Assembly: GCA_963664305.2 (NCBI GenBank)
Contig: CAXXLV010000001.1
Span: forward strand, 576,001-640,000
Source: an uncultured Aliarcobacter sp.
GTDB lineage: Bacteria; Campylobacterota; Campylobacteria; Campylobacterales; Arcobacteraceae
DNA length: 64,000 nucleotides
Reading direction: 5' to 3'
Below are positions 10,149 to 20,339 of the stretch, piece after piece. Both the position numbers and the translations under genes were made by a program. The notes under the pieces were generated by a model, which was not told where the DNA came from, did not search any database, and saw only the letters and a list, made by a program, of their open reading frames with translations. Within the stretch, counting starts at the first letter, position 1. The number at the start of each line of letters is the position of its first letter.

Positions 10149-11282
10149 AGTAGTAATTACTCTAATTATAACCATAACAAGTAATACTTCCAATATAGCT
10201 GCTAGAATCAACGCATAATAATACTCTTGTGAAATTGAATGATTATTGTATCCTATAGTTGTAACTGCAATTAAAAGAGTTAATGGCATTGCATGAGATA
10301 AACCTAACATAAAAAATCTATTCCATCCCATTTCATTTACAAATAATAAAGAAGCTAATAATCTAATAATTATCATAATTAATGTAATCAGTAATGCTTT
10401 AATTATCAAATCTATATTTAATAATGCATCAATTTCAAGTGATGCTCCTACGGAAATAAAGAAAATAGGAACAAGCCAACCAAAACCAAAATGTTCTAAT
10501 TTATGAGGTAATTGTTTATTATGTTCTTCAAAGAAAGTTGTAATAAAAATTCCTGCAATAAAAGCTCCAAAAGCAATCTCTAAATGCAAATACATCATAA
10601 CTGTAATCATTAAGAAAAATATTGCCATTGAAATTCTTATATCTTGTTCTTGATGGTCAACTTCAGGCATTAAATAGTTTTTAATTTCAGGGAACCACCA
10701 AATAAGATTATGAAATAGTTTATAAATAATTATCATTGTAACTATAAATAATAAGAATAGAACCATAATCTTATAAAAATCGAATCCTAGTCCATATTCC
10801 AAAACAGCAGAAACTGTTGTTAATGCAAAAATTGAAACTATCTCACCAATCAATCCAACAATAAATGCCATTTTAATCCACTCAGTATCACCATACTCTT
10901 TTTTAAGTGCTGCTAATACACCAATAGATATAAGAGGAAAAATCACTATAAATATTTTTGATAAATCAAAATATAGAGTAACAAAAAGGGAAGTTGAAAA
11001 AAGTACGACATTATATAAAAGCGATTTTTTAAGCATTGTGGGAGAAATTGATAAAAGTTTTTTCAAATCAATTTCAAGACCTGCTAAAAACATAAGATAT
11101 AAAAATCCTAGTTCAGCAACTAAATGAAAAATAGGATGTTCTGTAATAAATGCGAAATATGCAGCTATCGCACCTAACATAATTTCAACGGGGATTGTTG
11201 GAAGTTTTAAAAACTTTGAGAGTAATGGTGAAGTAAATATTATTAAAGATATTGAGATAATTATTAATATTTCTTCACTCAT
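10122..11282 (-). CDS. Cation:proton antiporter (CPA2-like)
   Basis: Polytopic membrane protein; LMFLAGLEID, FGAFIAG, PIFFISVG motifs. Confidence 0.85.
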   Translation of the reverse strand: MSEEILIIISISLIIFTSPLLSKFLKLPTIPVEIMLGAIAAYFAFITEHPIFHLVAELGFLYLMFLAGLEIDLKKLLSISPTMLKKSLLYNVVLFSTSLFVTLYFDLSKIFIVIFPLISIGVLAALKKEYGDTEWIKMAFIVGLIGEIVSIFALTTVSAVLEYGLGFDFYKIMVLFLLFIVTMIIIYKLFHNLIWWFPEIKNYLMPEVDHQEQDIRISMAIFFLMITVMMYLHLEIAFGAFIAGIFITTFFEEHNKQLPHKLEHFGFGWLVPIFFISVGASLEIDALLNIDLIIKALLITLIMIIIRLLASLLFVNEMGWNRFFMLGLSHAMPLTLLIAVTTIGYNNHSISQEYYYALILAAILEVLLVMVIIRVITTLIKFRNSN

Positions 11283-11294
11283 TAATCTACCTTA

Positions 11295-12146
11295 TTAATC
11301 TCTTTCTCTTTTTATTTTATACCCATGTTTTTCAAGTTCAGCAATATCATCAGCAGGTGTTTTTCCTTGTGTTGTTAAATAATCTCCAATAACAAACGCG
11401 TTTGCACCTTTTTCAAAGATTTTATATTGCTCATCACCAAACATTACTTCACGTCCACCTGCAACCATAATTTTCATTGCGTTTGGAATCATCTTTCTTG
11501 CAAGTGTTATTAACTCAAAAGCTTCTTCTCTTGTAATTGTATTTTTTACAATTGGTAAAGCTTCATTTGGATGGAAAAAGTTTAAAGGAACGTTCATTGG
11601 CTCTAAAGATGCAATTGATTCAAGCATAGAAATTCTTTGTTCTTGAGTTTCACCCATTCCAAAAATTCCACCACATACAAGTCTTAACCCAACTTGTTTT
11701 ACATTTAAACAAGTTTGATATCTATCATCCCAAGGGTGAGTTGTACAGATTTCATCATAAAAATCTCTAGCTGTTTCTAAGTTATGATTATATGCATCAA
11801 CTCCAGCATCTTTTAAAGTTTGAAGGTCTTCAACTGTAGCAATTCCATTACATGCAATTAAAATTAAACCTAAATTCTCTTTTTTAATTGCCTTTGCAGC
11901 TTCACAAACATACTCTAATCTTTTTGGAGTTAATCCTTTTCCAGCTGTTACTAAACAAAAACCGTTAGCATTATTTGCTCTTGCTCTTTTTGCTTCTTCA
12001 ACAATTTGTGCAATCTCTTTTTGTTTATATCTTTGAATATCTGCTTTATACTTTACACTTTGTGTACAGAATTTACAGTCTTCATTACATGTTCCACTTT
12101 CTATATTACAAATGGCACATAAAAAAATTTCGTCATTATTTTTCAT
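11295..12146 (-). CDS. bioB: Biotin synthase
   Basis: CNEDCKFCTQS radical-SAM motif, YNHNLET, AGGRE. Confidence 0.95.
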   Translation of the reverse strand: MKNNDEIFLCAICNIESGTCNEDCKFCTQSVKYKADIQRYKQKEIAQIVEEAKRARANNANGFCLVTAGKGLTPKRLEYVCEAAKAIKKENLGLILIACNGIATVEDLQTLKDAGVDAYNHNLETARDFYDEICTTHPWDDRYQTCLNVKQVGLRLVCGGIFGMGETQEQRISMLESIASLEPMNVPLNFFHPNEALPIVKNTITREEAFELITLARKMIPNAMKIMVAGGREVMFGDEQYKIFEKGANAFVIGDYLTTQGKTPADDIAELEKHGYKIKRERD

Positions 12147-12651
12147 AAATTATCTCTTCTTTTTTAAAATTTTCTTCATTAATATTTTTATAATAGCGTG
12201 TGATTATATACTCATTTTCATTAATCTCTAGTTTCACACATTCAATCACTGGCTTTTCTCGTGCGCAAACTTCGCCAGGATTTAGAAATAATGTTTTGTT
12301 TTTATAGTCACATTCAAACTCATGAGTATGACCAAAAATCACAATATCACTATCTGGTGTCAAATGATATGGAAGATGCATTAGTTTAAATTTCAAATCT
12401 TTAATTTTAAAATAATAAGGTTCTTGTTTTATATTATATTTTGAAGATAAAGAGAGTAAACCTCTATCATTATTACCAAAAACTGCAATATATTTTAAAT
12501 TAGATTCTTCCAAAAGTTGTAAGTTTTTCTCTGTACATAAATCACCTGCATGAATTAAGTATTCACATTCTTGTGTTTTCAAAAAATTTATTACATCACT
12601 CGTATAGTCACTTTTTAGATGACTATCCGATAAAATACCAATTTTAATCAC
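12136..12651 (-). CDS. YfcE-family metallophosphoesterase
   Basis: SDSH, HAGD, GNND, FGHTH, LNPGE motifs. Confidence 0.9.
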   Translation of the reverse strand: MIKIGILSDSHLKSDYTSDVINFLKTQECEYLIHAGDLCTEKNLQLLEESNLKYIAVFGNNDRGLLSLSSKYNIKQEPYYFKIKDLKFKLMHLPYHLTPDSDIVIFGHTHEFECDYKNKTLFLNPGEVCAREKPVIECVKLEINENEYIITRYYKNINEENFKKEEIIYEK

Positions 12652-14996
12652 TTTTTATCAGTACTCTTTTTTGTAGTTTTTTTAGTAGCTGTTTTTTTCT
12701 CAGCAGGAGCTTTTTTAGCTATAGTTTTTTTTGTTGTACCTTTTGAATCTTTTTCTATAATTTCAAGACAAGCTTCTAAAGTTAAATCATTTGCTTCTAC
12801 ACCTTTTGGTATTTTGAAGTTTTTTCTACCTTGTTTTATATATGGTCCATATTGACCAATTAAAATTTGGATTTTTTCTTTGTCAAAAGTTTTAATAGTT
12901 GATTTCTCTTTTGCCTCATCTGTTTCTTTGATGATTTCTAAAGCTCTATTTAAATCAACCGTATATGGGTCATCTACTTTTAAAGAGTAATATTTAGATT
13001 TAACTTGTAAATATGGTCCAAATCTACCAATATTTGCTTTTATTTCATCTCCATTATTATCATTTCCAACAACTCTTGGAAGAGTAAATAAAAATAGTGC
13101 TTCATCTAATGTAATAGTATCCATATTTAAATGGTCAGGAATTGCTACAAATTTTGGTTTTTCTTCATCATCTTTTGTTCCAATTTGAACAAAAGGACCA
13201 AATCTTCCCACACGTGCACTTACTGGTTTTCCAGATTTTGGGTCAATTCCTATTTCTCTTACTTGTAAATAATCCTCTTTTTGAACACTACTTTCTTTTT
13301 CATCAATTGTTTTTTTGAAATTTCCATAGAAATCTTTCATTACTTGTTCCCAAGCAATTTTCCCTTCTGCAATTTCATCAAACTCTTCTTCAATTTTGGC
13401 AGTAAATCCTAAATCTACAATATCAGAAAAATGGTCAACTAAAAAACTATTTACTATTTCACCAGTTTGAGTAGGAATTAACTTCTTATCTTCTGTTTTT
13501 GTTACATATTCTCTTGCTTGAATAGTTGAAATTGTTGGAGCATAAGTAGAAGGTCTTCCGATTCCTTCACTCTCTAATTTTTTAACTAAAGAAGCTTCTG
13601 TATAACGTGCAGGTGGTTGTGTAAACTTTTGTTCACTCTCTAATTTTTCTAACTCTAAAACTGTTCCAACTTTTATATTTGGTAGAATTTTTTCAGTACT
13701 ATCAAGTGCAGCTTCTGGATTATCACTACCTTCAGTATAAGCTTTCATAAATCCAGCAAAAATAATTCTTTGCCCTTTAGATTGAAATTCAAACTCTTTA
13801 TTACTTCCTGCTTCAATTTTATATGTTGTATTTGCAATTTTTGCTTGAGCCATTTGAGTAGCAAGTGTTCTTTTCCAAATTAGACTATATAATTTATATT
13901 GAGCTGGGTCAACAAACTCTTTAATCATACTTGGTTTTAATGCAAGATTAACTGGACGGATCGCTTCGTGAGCTTCTTGTGCACCTTTAGCAGTTGATTT
14001 ATAAACTCTTGGCTTACTTAAAGAGTACTCTTTTCCATACTCTTCTTCAATAACAGCTTTAGCTGCAGTTGTAGCAACCGTTGAAAGATTTAAAGAGTCA
14101 GTTCTCATATAAGTAATCAAACCACCTGTATGATTTGGAATATTACCAACATTTCCTTCATAAAGTTGTTGAGCAATAACCATTGTTTGTTTTACTGAAA
14201 GTCCAAGTTTTCTTGATGCTTCTTGTTGTAATGTTGAAGTTGTAAATGGAGCTGCTGGATTTCTAGTACTCTCTTTTTCTTCAATATCAACAAGTTTATA
14301 ACTTCCTTGTTTTAAAGAAGATTCTATTTTTAAAGCTTGTTCTTCATTTTCAATTTTTGCAGTTTTACCATTTTGTTTTACAAGTTCTGCTTTTAATTCA
14401 GGATTTATAAAATCAGCTTTTATTTTCCAATACTCTTCTGGAATAAATGCTCTTATTTCATTTTCTCTATCAACTATAATTCTAACTGCAACAGATTGAA
14501 CTCTACCTGCACTTAAACCATATCTTACTTTTTTCCATAAAAGTGGTGAAAGTTCATATCCAACTGCTCTATCTAAAATACGTCTAGCTTGTTGTGCATC
14601 AACTAAATGTTGGTCAACATCTCTTGGATTTTCTAATGCCTTTAAAATTGCATCTTTTGTAATCTCATGAAAAACAATTCTTTTTATAGGATTTTTTTCT
14701 ATTTTAAGTGCGGGGATTAAGTGCCAAGCAATAGCCTCTCCCTCTCTATCTTCATCGGCTGCTAGGTAAATTGTGGTATCTTTAGTAATATGTTTTTTTA
14801 AATCACTTATAACTTTTTTCTTATCAGCAGTAACCATATATTTTGGTTTGAAATTATCATCAGGGTCAAACCCTAAACTTGATTTTGGTAAATCTCTTAC
14901 ATGTCCCATCGAAGCCATTACGGTAAAATCATTACCTAAAAATTTTGATATTGTTTTTGCTTTTGCTGGAGACTCCACTATTACTAAATTTTTCAC
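12648..14996 (-). CDS. topA: DNA topoisomerase I (type IA)
   Basis: LVIVESPAKAKTI, DEDREGEAI, ITYMRTDS. Start moved from 15029 to GTG at 14996 (AAGG SD upstream; the 15029 ATG overlaps a TGTTAGAAT -10). Confidence 0.97.
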   Translation of the reverse strand: MKNLVIVESPAKAKTISKFLGNDFTVMASMGHVRDLPKSSLGFDPDDNFKPKYMVTADKKKVISDLKKHITKDTTIYLAADEDREGEAIAWHLIPALKIEKNPIKRIVFHEITKDAILKALENPRDVDQHLVDAQQARRILDRAVGYELSPLLWKKVRYGLSAGRVQSVAVRIIVDRENEIRAFIPEEYWKIKADFINPELKAELVKQNGKTAKIENEEQALKIESSLKQGSYKLVDIEEKESTRNPAAPFTTSTLQQEASRKLGLSVKQTMVIAQQLYEGNVGNIPNHTGGLITYMRTDSLNLSTVATTAAKAVIEEEYGKEYSLSKPRVYKSTAKGAQEAHEAIRPVNLALKPSMIKEFVDPAQYKLYSLIWKRTLATQMAQAKIANTTYKIEAGSNKEFEFQSKGQRIIFAGFMKAYTEGSDNPEAALDSTEKILPNIKVGTVLELEKLESEQKFTQPPARYTEASLVKKLESEGIGRPSTYAPTISTIQAREYVTKTEDKKLIPTQTGEIVNSFLVDHFSDIVDLGFTAKIEEEFDEIAEGKIAWEQVMKDFYGNFKKTIDEKESSVQKEDYLQVREIGIDPKSGKPVSARVGRFGPFVQIGTKDDEEKPKFVAIPDHLNMDTITLDEALFLFTLPRVVGNDNNGDEIKANIGRFGPYLQVKSKYYSLKVDDPYTVDLNRALEIIKETDEAKEKSTIKTFDKEKIQILIGQYGPYIKQGRKNFKIPKGVEANDLTLEACLEIIEKDSKGTTKKTIAKKAPAEKKTATKKTTKKSTDKK

Positions 14997-15050
14997 TAAA
15001 AGTACCTTACATTTTTTTGGAGTTTGCATTCTAACATAAATTAATTAATA

Positions 15051-15839
15051 TTACTTATAAATAATTATCTCTTCTTCTATATCTATATCAAACTCTTTTT
15101 TTATTTTATCTTTTGCTAAATCTATCAAATAAACTGCATCTTCAAATGAACCTGTTCCATAATTTACTAAAAAATTTGCATGTTGTTCAGAAAAACTCAT
15201 ATCACCTTTTTTGATTCCTTTTAAACCAACAGCTTCTATTAATCTTCCTGCAAAATCACCTTTAGGATTTTTAAAACAACTTCCTGCACTTGCAACATGA
15301 GGTTGATTATCTCTCATTTTAGTAAACTCTTTTAACATCTCATTTGAAAAACCATATTCAATATTAAAAACCACTTCATAAACTATTGTATCGATTTTAG
15401 TTTCTCTATATGAGAAATCTACATCTTCTTTTTTTATATAACCATCTTTTGTTTTTATGCTATCTATATAATTAAAAACTTCCCAAGATTTTAATCCTGC
15501 ATTCATTTTTACCAAACCACCTAAATTTCCTGGAAGTTTTGCTAAAAATTCTAAATTTTTAATATCATGTTTTCTTGTATAAGTCAAAAGTTTTCCACTT
15601 GTTGTTGCACAACCAACATATAGTTTATTTCCCTCTTGTCTTATATAATCAAACTCTTCACCTAAAATTGCAAATTTTTTATCTGTATTTTGTGAAACTA
15701 ATAAATTATTAGCTCGCCCTATAATTTGATAATCACTATAATCACCTATTTCATTAATTACTAAAACATCTAATGTAGGTCCTATTCTTATTGATGAATA
15801 TCTTGTAAAATCTATTGTTCTAATACTATTTTGCATCAA
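15051..15839 (-). CDS. murB: UDP-N-acetylenolpyruvoylglucosamine reductase
   Basis: LPGNLGGLVKMNAG, SAGSCFKNP, HANFLVN; start may be ATG at 15836. Confidence 0.95.
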   Translation of the reverse strand: MMQNSIRTIDFTRYSSIRIGPTLDVLVINEIGDYSDYQIIGRANNLLVSQNTDKKFAILGEEFDYIRQEGNKLYVGCATTSGKLLTYTRKHDIKNLEFLAKLPGNLGGLVKMNAGLKSWEVFNYIDSIKTKDGYIKKEDVDFSYRETKIDTIVYEVVFNIEYGFSNEMLKEFTKMRDNQPHVASAGSCFKNPKGDFAGRLIEAVGLKGIKKGDMSFSEQHANFLVNYGTGSFEDAVYLIDLAKDKIKKEFDIDIEEEIIIYK

Positions 15840-16703
15840 TTATCTTGCTCTTAACTCTTCATATTCACTTGGTATTAAAAAATCTTCTGCTTTAATCAAA
15901 TCTTGATAAAAACCATTTTTATATCCAATTTCAAATAGTTTATCAAGTGCTTTATATTGTATTTCACTCATTTTAACTGAATTGTCATTTGCATATAAAT
16001 CTAAATATTTATCAAGTGTTGGCGCATCAACTCTAATTAATCCTTTTTCTAAAAGCATGGGAGCTAAAACTTTTCTATTTTTATTTGCAACCTCAACAGC
16101 TTTTATTAGTGTATTCTCATAATTAATAGCATTATGAAGGGGAATTGAACGGCGTAAACACATTCCTCCAAGAGGTAAAGGTAATCCACCACCACTTAAT
16201 TCCAACCAAACATCCCACATTTCACGTTCAACTTCTAACTCATTATCATAAGTTAATATTGATTCATGAATTAATACACCTGCATCTACTGTTCCATCAA
16301 GAACTGCTTTTTCAATATCTAAGAAATTCATATATGTAATTCTTGCATTTGGATAAGCGATTTTAAACAAAAGTGCATTTGTTGTAAATTCTCCACTAAG
16401 AGCTACTTTAAAATTCTTTTTAAGAATAGTTCCTTTTTTCTTTATAAGTTTTGGTCCATAACCCTCACCAAAAGATACTGCCGTTTTTAAAAGTGCATAA
16501 TCATCTTTAACAAAAGGATATAAAGCAAAAGAGATTGCACAAATATCATATACACCTTTTAATGTAGCCTGATTTAATGTCTCTATATCTAAAGCTATAT
16601 TGTCAAATTTTGCATCATCTGGAGTCACCCAACCAAATTTAATTGCATAATACATAAAAATATCATCTGCATCAGGTGAATGTCCTACACTAATATTTTT
16701 CAA
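15840..16703 (-). CDS. mqnD: 1,4-dihydroxy-6-naphthoate synthase (futalosine menaquinone pathway)
   Basis: GHSPDADDIFM, GYGP, GVLIHE, PLPLGG motifs. Confidence 0.88.
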   Translation of the reverse strand: MKNISVGHSPDADDIFMYYAIKFGWVTPDDAKFDNIALDIETLNQATLKGVYDICAISFALYPFVKDDYALLKTAVSFGEGYGPKLIKKKGTILKKNFKVALSGEFTTNALLFKIAYPNARITYMNFLDIEKAVLDGTVDAGVLIHESILTYDNELEVEREMWDVWLELSGGGLPLPLGGMCLRRSIPLHNAINYENTLIKAVEVANKNRKVLAPMLLEKGLIRVDAPTLDKYLDLYANDNSVKMSEIQYKALDKLFEIGYKNGFYQDLIKAEDFLIPSEYEELRAR

Positions 16704-16754
16704 AATAATTCCTTTATTAATTCTTTGGGGATTTTAGCGAGATAAACTTTAAAT

Positions 16755-17243
16755 TTATAAGTTATATTCAAATCTCAGTTTTTTTATAATACTAAATATC
16801 GAGTTTGCATATAAAACTCCTACATTACTATTATATCTCCAACCAGCATTGTAACTTGCCCAAACCTTTACCCAATTTTCTTTATGAATTTCTCGCCAAT
16901 AATCAATCTCGACAATTGCATTTGCCGTTGAAAAAGCAACATCATTTAAAAGTTTGTAAGCAAAATATCTTCTATTATAATAGTTATCTTCTACATATTG
17001 TCTTCTTAATACACTTTTTATATTTGATTGGAAAAGTCCATAATCATTACTAAAATCATTTACTTGTTTTTTACCAACTGAAGACTCTTTTATTGCAATA
17101 GCCATTAAAGTATATTTCATCATTGTGTCATCAGTTAGGGATTTAATCTTTTTTAAAATGATTAAATCTGTATTTGTTAATCCTAATGAATTTGAAAAAG
17201 CGAGATTATAAATACATAAAATTAGAAGTAAAATTTTTTTCAT
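16755..17243 (-). CDS. Exported lysozyme-like / lytic transglycosylase-fold protein
   Basis: Signal peptide; AIAIKESS, YGLFQ and ASYNAG match the three SLT-domain motifs. Confidence 0.7.
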   Translation of the reverse strand: MKKILLLILCIYNLAFSNSLGLTNTDLIILKKIKSLTDDTMMKYTLMAIAIKESSVGKKQVNDFSNDYGLFQSNIKSVLRRQYVEDNYYNRRYFAYKLLNDVAFSTANAIVEIDYWREIHKENWVKVWASYNAGWRYNSNVGVLYANSIFSIIKKLRFEYNL

Positions 17244-17257
17244 AAAAGAAGTTTACT

Positions 17258-17293
17258 AAAATTCTAATCATTTTTCAAAATGATTAGAATTTT
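17258..17293 (-). terminator. Hairpin, probable terminator of the nuo operon
   Basis: AAAATTCTAATCATTTT-tc-AAAATGATTAGAATTTT, 17-bp perfect inverted repeat right after the nuoN stop. Confidence 0.7.
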
Positions 17294-17298
17294 TTAGT

Positions 17299-18801
17299 TT
17301 AAAAACCTGAACTAGAAACATACATTTCAATAATGTTTAATAAAGGCTCGATTAGTAAAATAGAAATAATTGTTAAAAATACAGCTAATCCAATCATTGA
17401 TTTCATTGGAGTTGTTGCATTTTGCATAAATTTAGTATTCATACCCTCTTCTGGATTTCTTAAGAACATATATGAAACTGGTCTTAAATAATAATATGCA
17501 GAAATTACAGAGTTTAATGCAATAATTACAGCTAAAGCAATATGTCCTGCATTTACTGCACTTCCAATTATGTACATTTTTCCCCAGAATAATGCAAAAG
17601 GAGGAAGTCCTGTTAAAGCGAAAAAGAATAATCCTAGAATTGAAGCTGTAAATGGTGAAATTTGAGCCAATCCAGAGAATTTTTTGAAAGTATATGGAGA
17701 GTTATAATCTGCATACTCTTTTCCTCTGTTTAACCAAAGCATTCCAAATGCTCCAAAATTTGTTATTGTAAATAAAATCCAATATAAAAATAGAGCTGTT
17801 GTTGCTTGATGTGTTCCAATTACAATTGTAGCCATTGCAATACCTGCATTTGATATTGATGAATAAGCTAACATTCTTTTTATATCTTTTTGTTGTAATG
17901 CAATTAAATTTGGAATTGTCATAGTTAAAATTACAGTTACATAAAGTAAAGTTTGAATTATTGGATCATTTAAATGAATAAACATTTCAAAAAATCTAAG
18001 TGCTACAACAAATCCAGCCATTTTAGGAATAACTGATAAAAATCCTGCCATTGCTGATGTTGAACCTTGATAAACATCTGGAACCCAAATATTATAAGGG
18101 AATAAAGAAAGTTTAAATCCAATTGCAGCAAACATAAATACAAACCCAACTAAAATCAATACATAGTTAGAATAATTTAATGTACTTAAGTATCCTTCTT
18201 GAGATAATACTTGTGCCATTTGTGCTAATTCTAAAGTTCCTGTTGTTGCATAAAAAATCATTGCTCCAAATACAAAGAATGCAGCAGCTAATGCTCCCAT
18301 TGTAAAATACTTCACAGCAGCTTCAATAGATACCATTCTATTATGCATTGCAATCATTGTATATAAAGATAAAGATGATGTTTCAAGTCCAACAAAAATC
18401 AAAATTAAAGAATCAGAACTTACCATAAACTGTAAACTTGCAACTACAAGTAAGTATAAAGCAAAATATTCTGCATATCTAAACTCTTGAAATCTTAGTT
18501 TTGATAAACCTAATAATACAAACATTATTGAACCAGCTATTATGATACATTGAGATAAAACTGCAATTCCATCTAATAACATAATATCAAACATTCCTCT
18601 TTCATCACCACTAAATGCTAAAAGAGTAAATAAGTCAAAAATTAAAAATAGTACAACTAAAATTACATAAAGAGATTTATGTTTATTTTTGTTAAATACA
18701 TCTGTTAATAAAATACCTAATGCACCAATAATTGCAATTGACATTGGTGCAATCGTTCCTAGGTTTAGAGATTCTAAACTTATTTTAATAGGTTCAAGCA
18801 T
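17299..18801 (-). CDS. nuoN: Complex I subunit N
   Basis: EAAVKYF, GFKLSLFP..WVPDVYQG, KRMLAYSSI; operon position. Confidence 0.96.
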   Translation of the reverse strand: MLEPIKISLESLNLGTIAPMSIAIIGALGILLTDVFNKNKHKSLYVILVVLFLIFDLFTLLAFSGDERGMFDIMLLDGIAVLSQCIIIAGSIMFVLLGLSKLRFQEFRYAEYFALYLLVVASLQFMVSSDSLILIFVGLETSSLSLYTMIAMHNRMVSIEAAVKYFTMGALAAAFFVFGAMIFYATTGTLELAQMAQVLSQEGYLSTLNYSNYVLILVGFVFMFAAIGFKLSLFPYNIWVPDVYQGSTSAMAGFLSVIPKMAGFVVALRFFEMFIHLNDPIIQTLLYVTVILTMTIPNLIALQQKDIKRMLAYSSISNAGIAMATIVIGTHQATTALFLYWILFTITNFGAFGMLWLNRGKEYADYNSPYTFKKFSGLAQISPFTASILGLFFFALTGLPPFALFWGKMYIIGSAVNAGHIALAVIIALNSVISAYYYLRPVSYMFLRNPEEGMNTKFMQNATTPMKSMIGLAVFLTIISILLIEPLLNIIEMYVSSSGF

Positions 18802-20327
18802 TATTTAACCTCCCCTATAGAGTTTAAAGCTTTTAATTTCTCTTTTGTATCATCATTAACAGCTTTTACTTCCATAACATTTATTACTTGAGTTACTGAC
18901 CCATTTAATGGTTCTAAAATCAATTTAGGATAAATTCCTAAAGCTATAATTAAAACAACTAATGAACCAAGAGCAACTAACTCTCTTCCAAAAATATCTT
19001 TAATTGTTTTGTTTTCTGGTTTTACTAATTTTCCAAAGAATGTTCTTTTGTACATAGATAACATATAAACTGCACTTAAAACGATAGTTAAAGTTGCAAC
19101 AAATGTTAATTCTGGAGAGAATTTAAAGAATCCTAAAAGAGATAAGAACTCTCCAATAAATCCAATTGTTAATGGTAAACCAATAGATGCCATTAGAACG
19201 ATTGCATATATAGTTGCAAATACTGGCATATTATGAGCTAATCCACCAAACTCTTTTATCATTTTTGTATGTCTTCTATCATATAAAACTCCAACACACA
19301 TAAATAGTGCTCCTGAAACTAGACCATGCCCAATCATTAAGAAAACTCCACCTGAAATTCCTTCAACATTTAAAGCAAATACCCCAAGAGTAATTACACC
19401 CATGTGAGAAATTGATGAATATGCAATCATTTGCTTCATATCTTCTTGTGCATAAGCTACCATTGCTGTATAGATAATTGCTATTAGTCCAAGTGCAGCC
19501 ATGAATGGAACAAAATAAACTGATGCATCTGGGAATAATGGTAAAGAGAATCTAATAAATCCATATGTTTCCATTTTTAATAAAACAGCTGCAAGCATAA
19601 TAGAACCAATTGTTGGTGCTTGTCCATGAGCTAATGGTAACCAAGTATGGAATGGGAACATTGGAACTTTTACTGCAAATGCCATAAAGAATGCAATAAA
19701 TAACCATAATTGTAAATCAAATGGTAAAACCATTGAATTCCAATCCATTAAACTAAAGCTCCAAACACCTGTAGTTTGGAAATATACATAACCAAAATAC
19801 AAAATACCAATTAACATAATTAACGAACCAGTAAATGTATATAAGAAGAATTTAATTGCAGCATAAAATCTTTTTTCTGCTCCCCAAAATCCAATAACAT
19901 AAAACATTGGAATAAGAGTTAATTCCCAGAATACATAGAACATAATTACGTCTAAAGAAGCAAAAACTCCAACCATTGTCATTTCCAAGAATAACATTGT
20001 AATAATCAGATTTTTTATATCTTTCTTTTCAGTTAAACCAATTACTGCAATCATTGTCATGAATGTAATCATAACAATAAGGAAAAGAGAAATACCATCA
20101 ACACCAACAATATAATTAATACCATAAGCACTAATAAGTGGTAAGTTTTGGCTGAACTGCATTCCCGCAACATTTGTATCAAAGTAATACCACATTAATA
20201 GTGATAAAACAAATTCAACAACCGTTACCACAACCCCAAATTGTCTCATAGAATCTTTATGAATTAAAAATCCAACAACCGCAGCTGCAGCAGGGAAAAA
20301 TATTAACATAGCTAAAATATTTTCCAT
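18801..20327 (-). CDS. nuoM: Complex I subunit M
   Basis: FYVFWE, VKVPMFPFHTWLPLAH, IAYSSISHMG. Confidence 0.96.
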   Translation of the reverse strand: MENILAMLIFFPAAAAVVGFLIHKDSMRQFGVVVTVVEFVLSLLMWYYFDTNVAGMQFSQNLPLISAYGINYIVGVDGISLFLIVMITFMTMIAVIGLTEKKDIKNLIITMLFLEMTMVGVFASLDVIMFYVFWELTLIPMFYVIGFWGAEKRFYAAIKFFLYTFTGSLIMLIGILYFGYVYFQTTGVWSFSLMDWNSMVLPFDLQLWLFIAFFMAFAVKVPMFPFHTWLPLAHGQAPTIGSIMLAAVLLKMETYGFIRFSLPLFPDASVYFVPFMAALGLIAIIYTAMVAYAQEDMKQMIAYSSISHMGVITLGVFALNVEGISGGVFLMIGHGLVSGALFMCVGVLYDRRHTKMIKEFGGLAHNMPVFATIYAIVLMASIGLPLTIGFIGEFLSLLGFFKFSPELTFVATLTIVLSAVYMLSMYKRTFFGKLVKPENKTIKDIFGRELVALGSLVVLIIALGIYPKLILEPLNGSVTQVINVMEVKAVNDDTKEKLKALNSIGEVK

Positions 20328-20339
20328 TTACATAACCCC

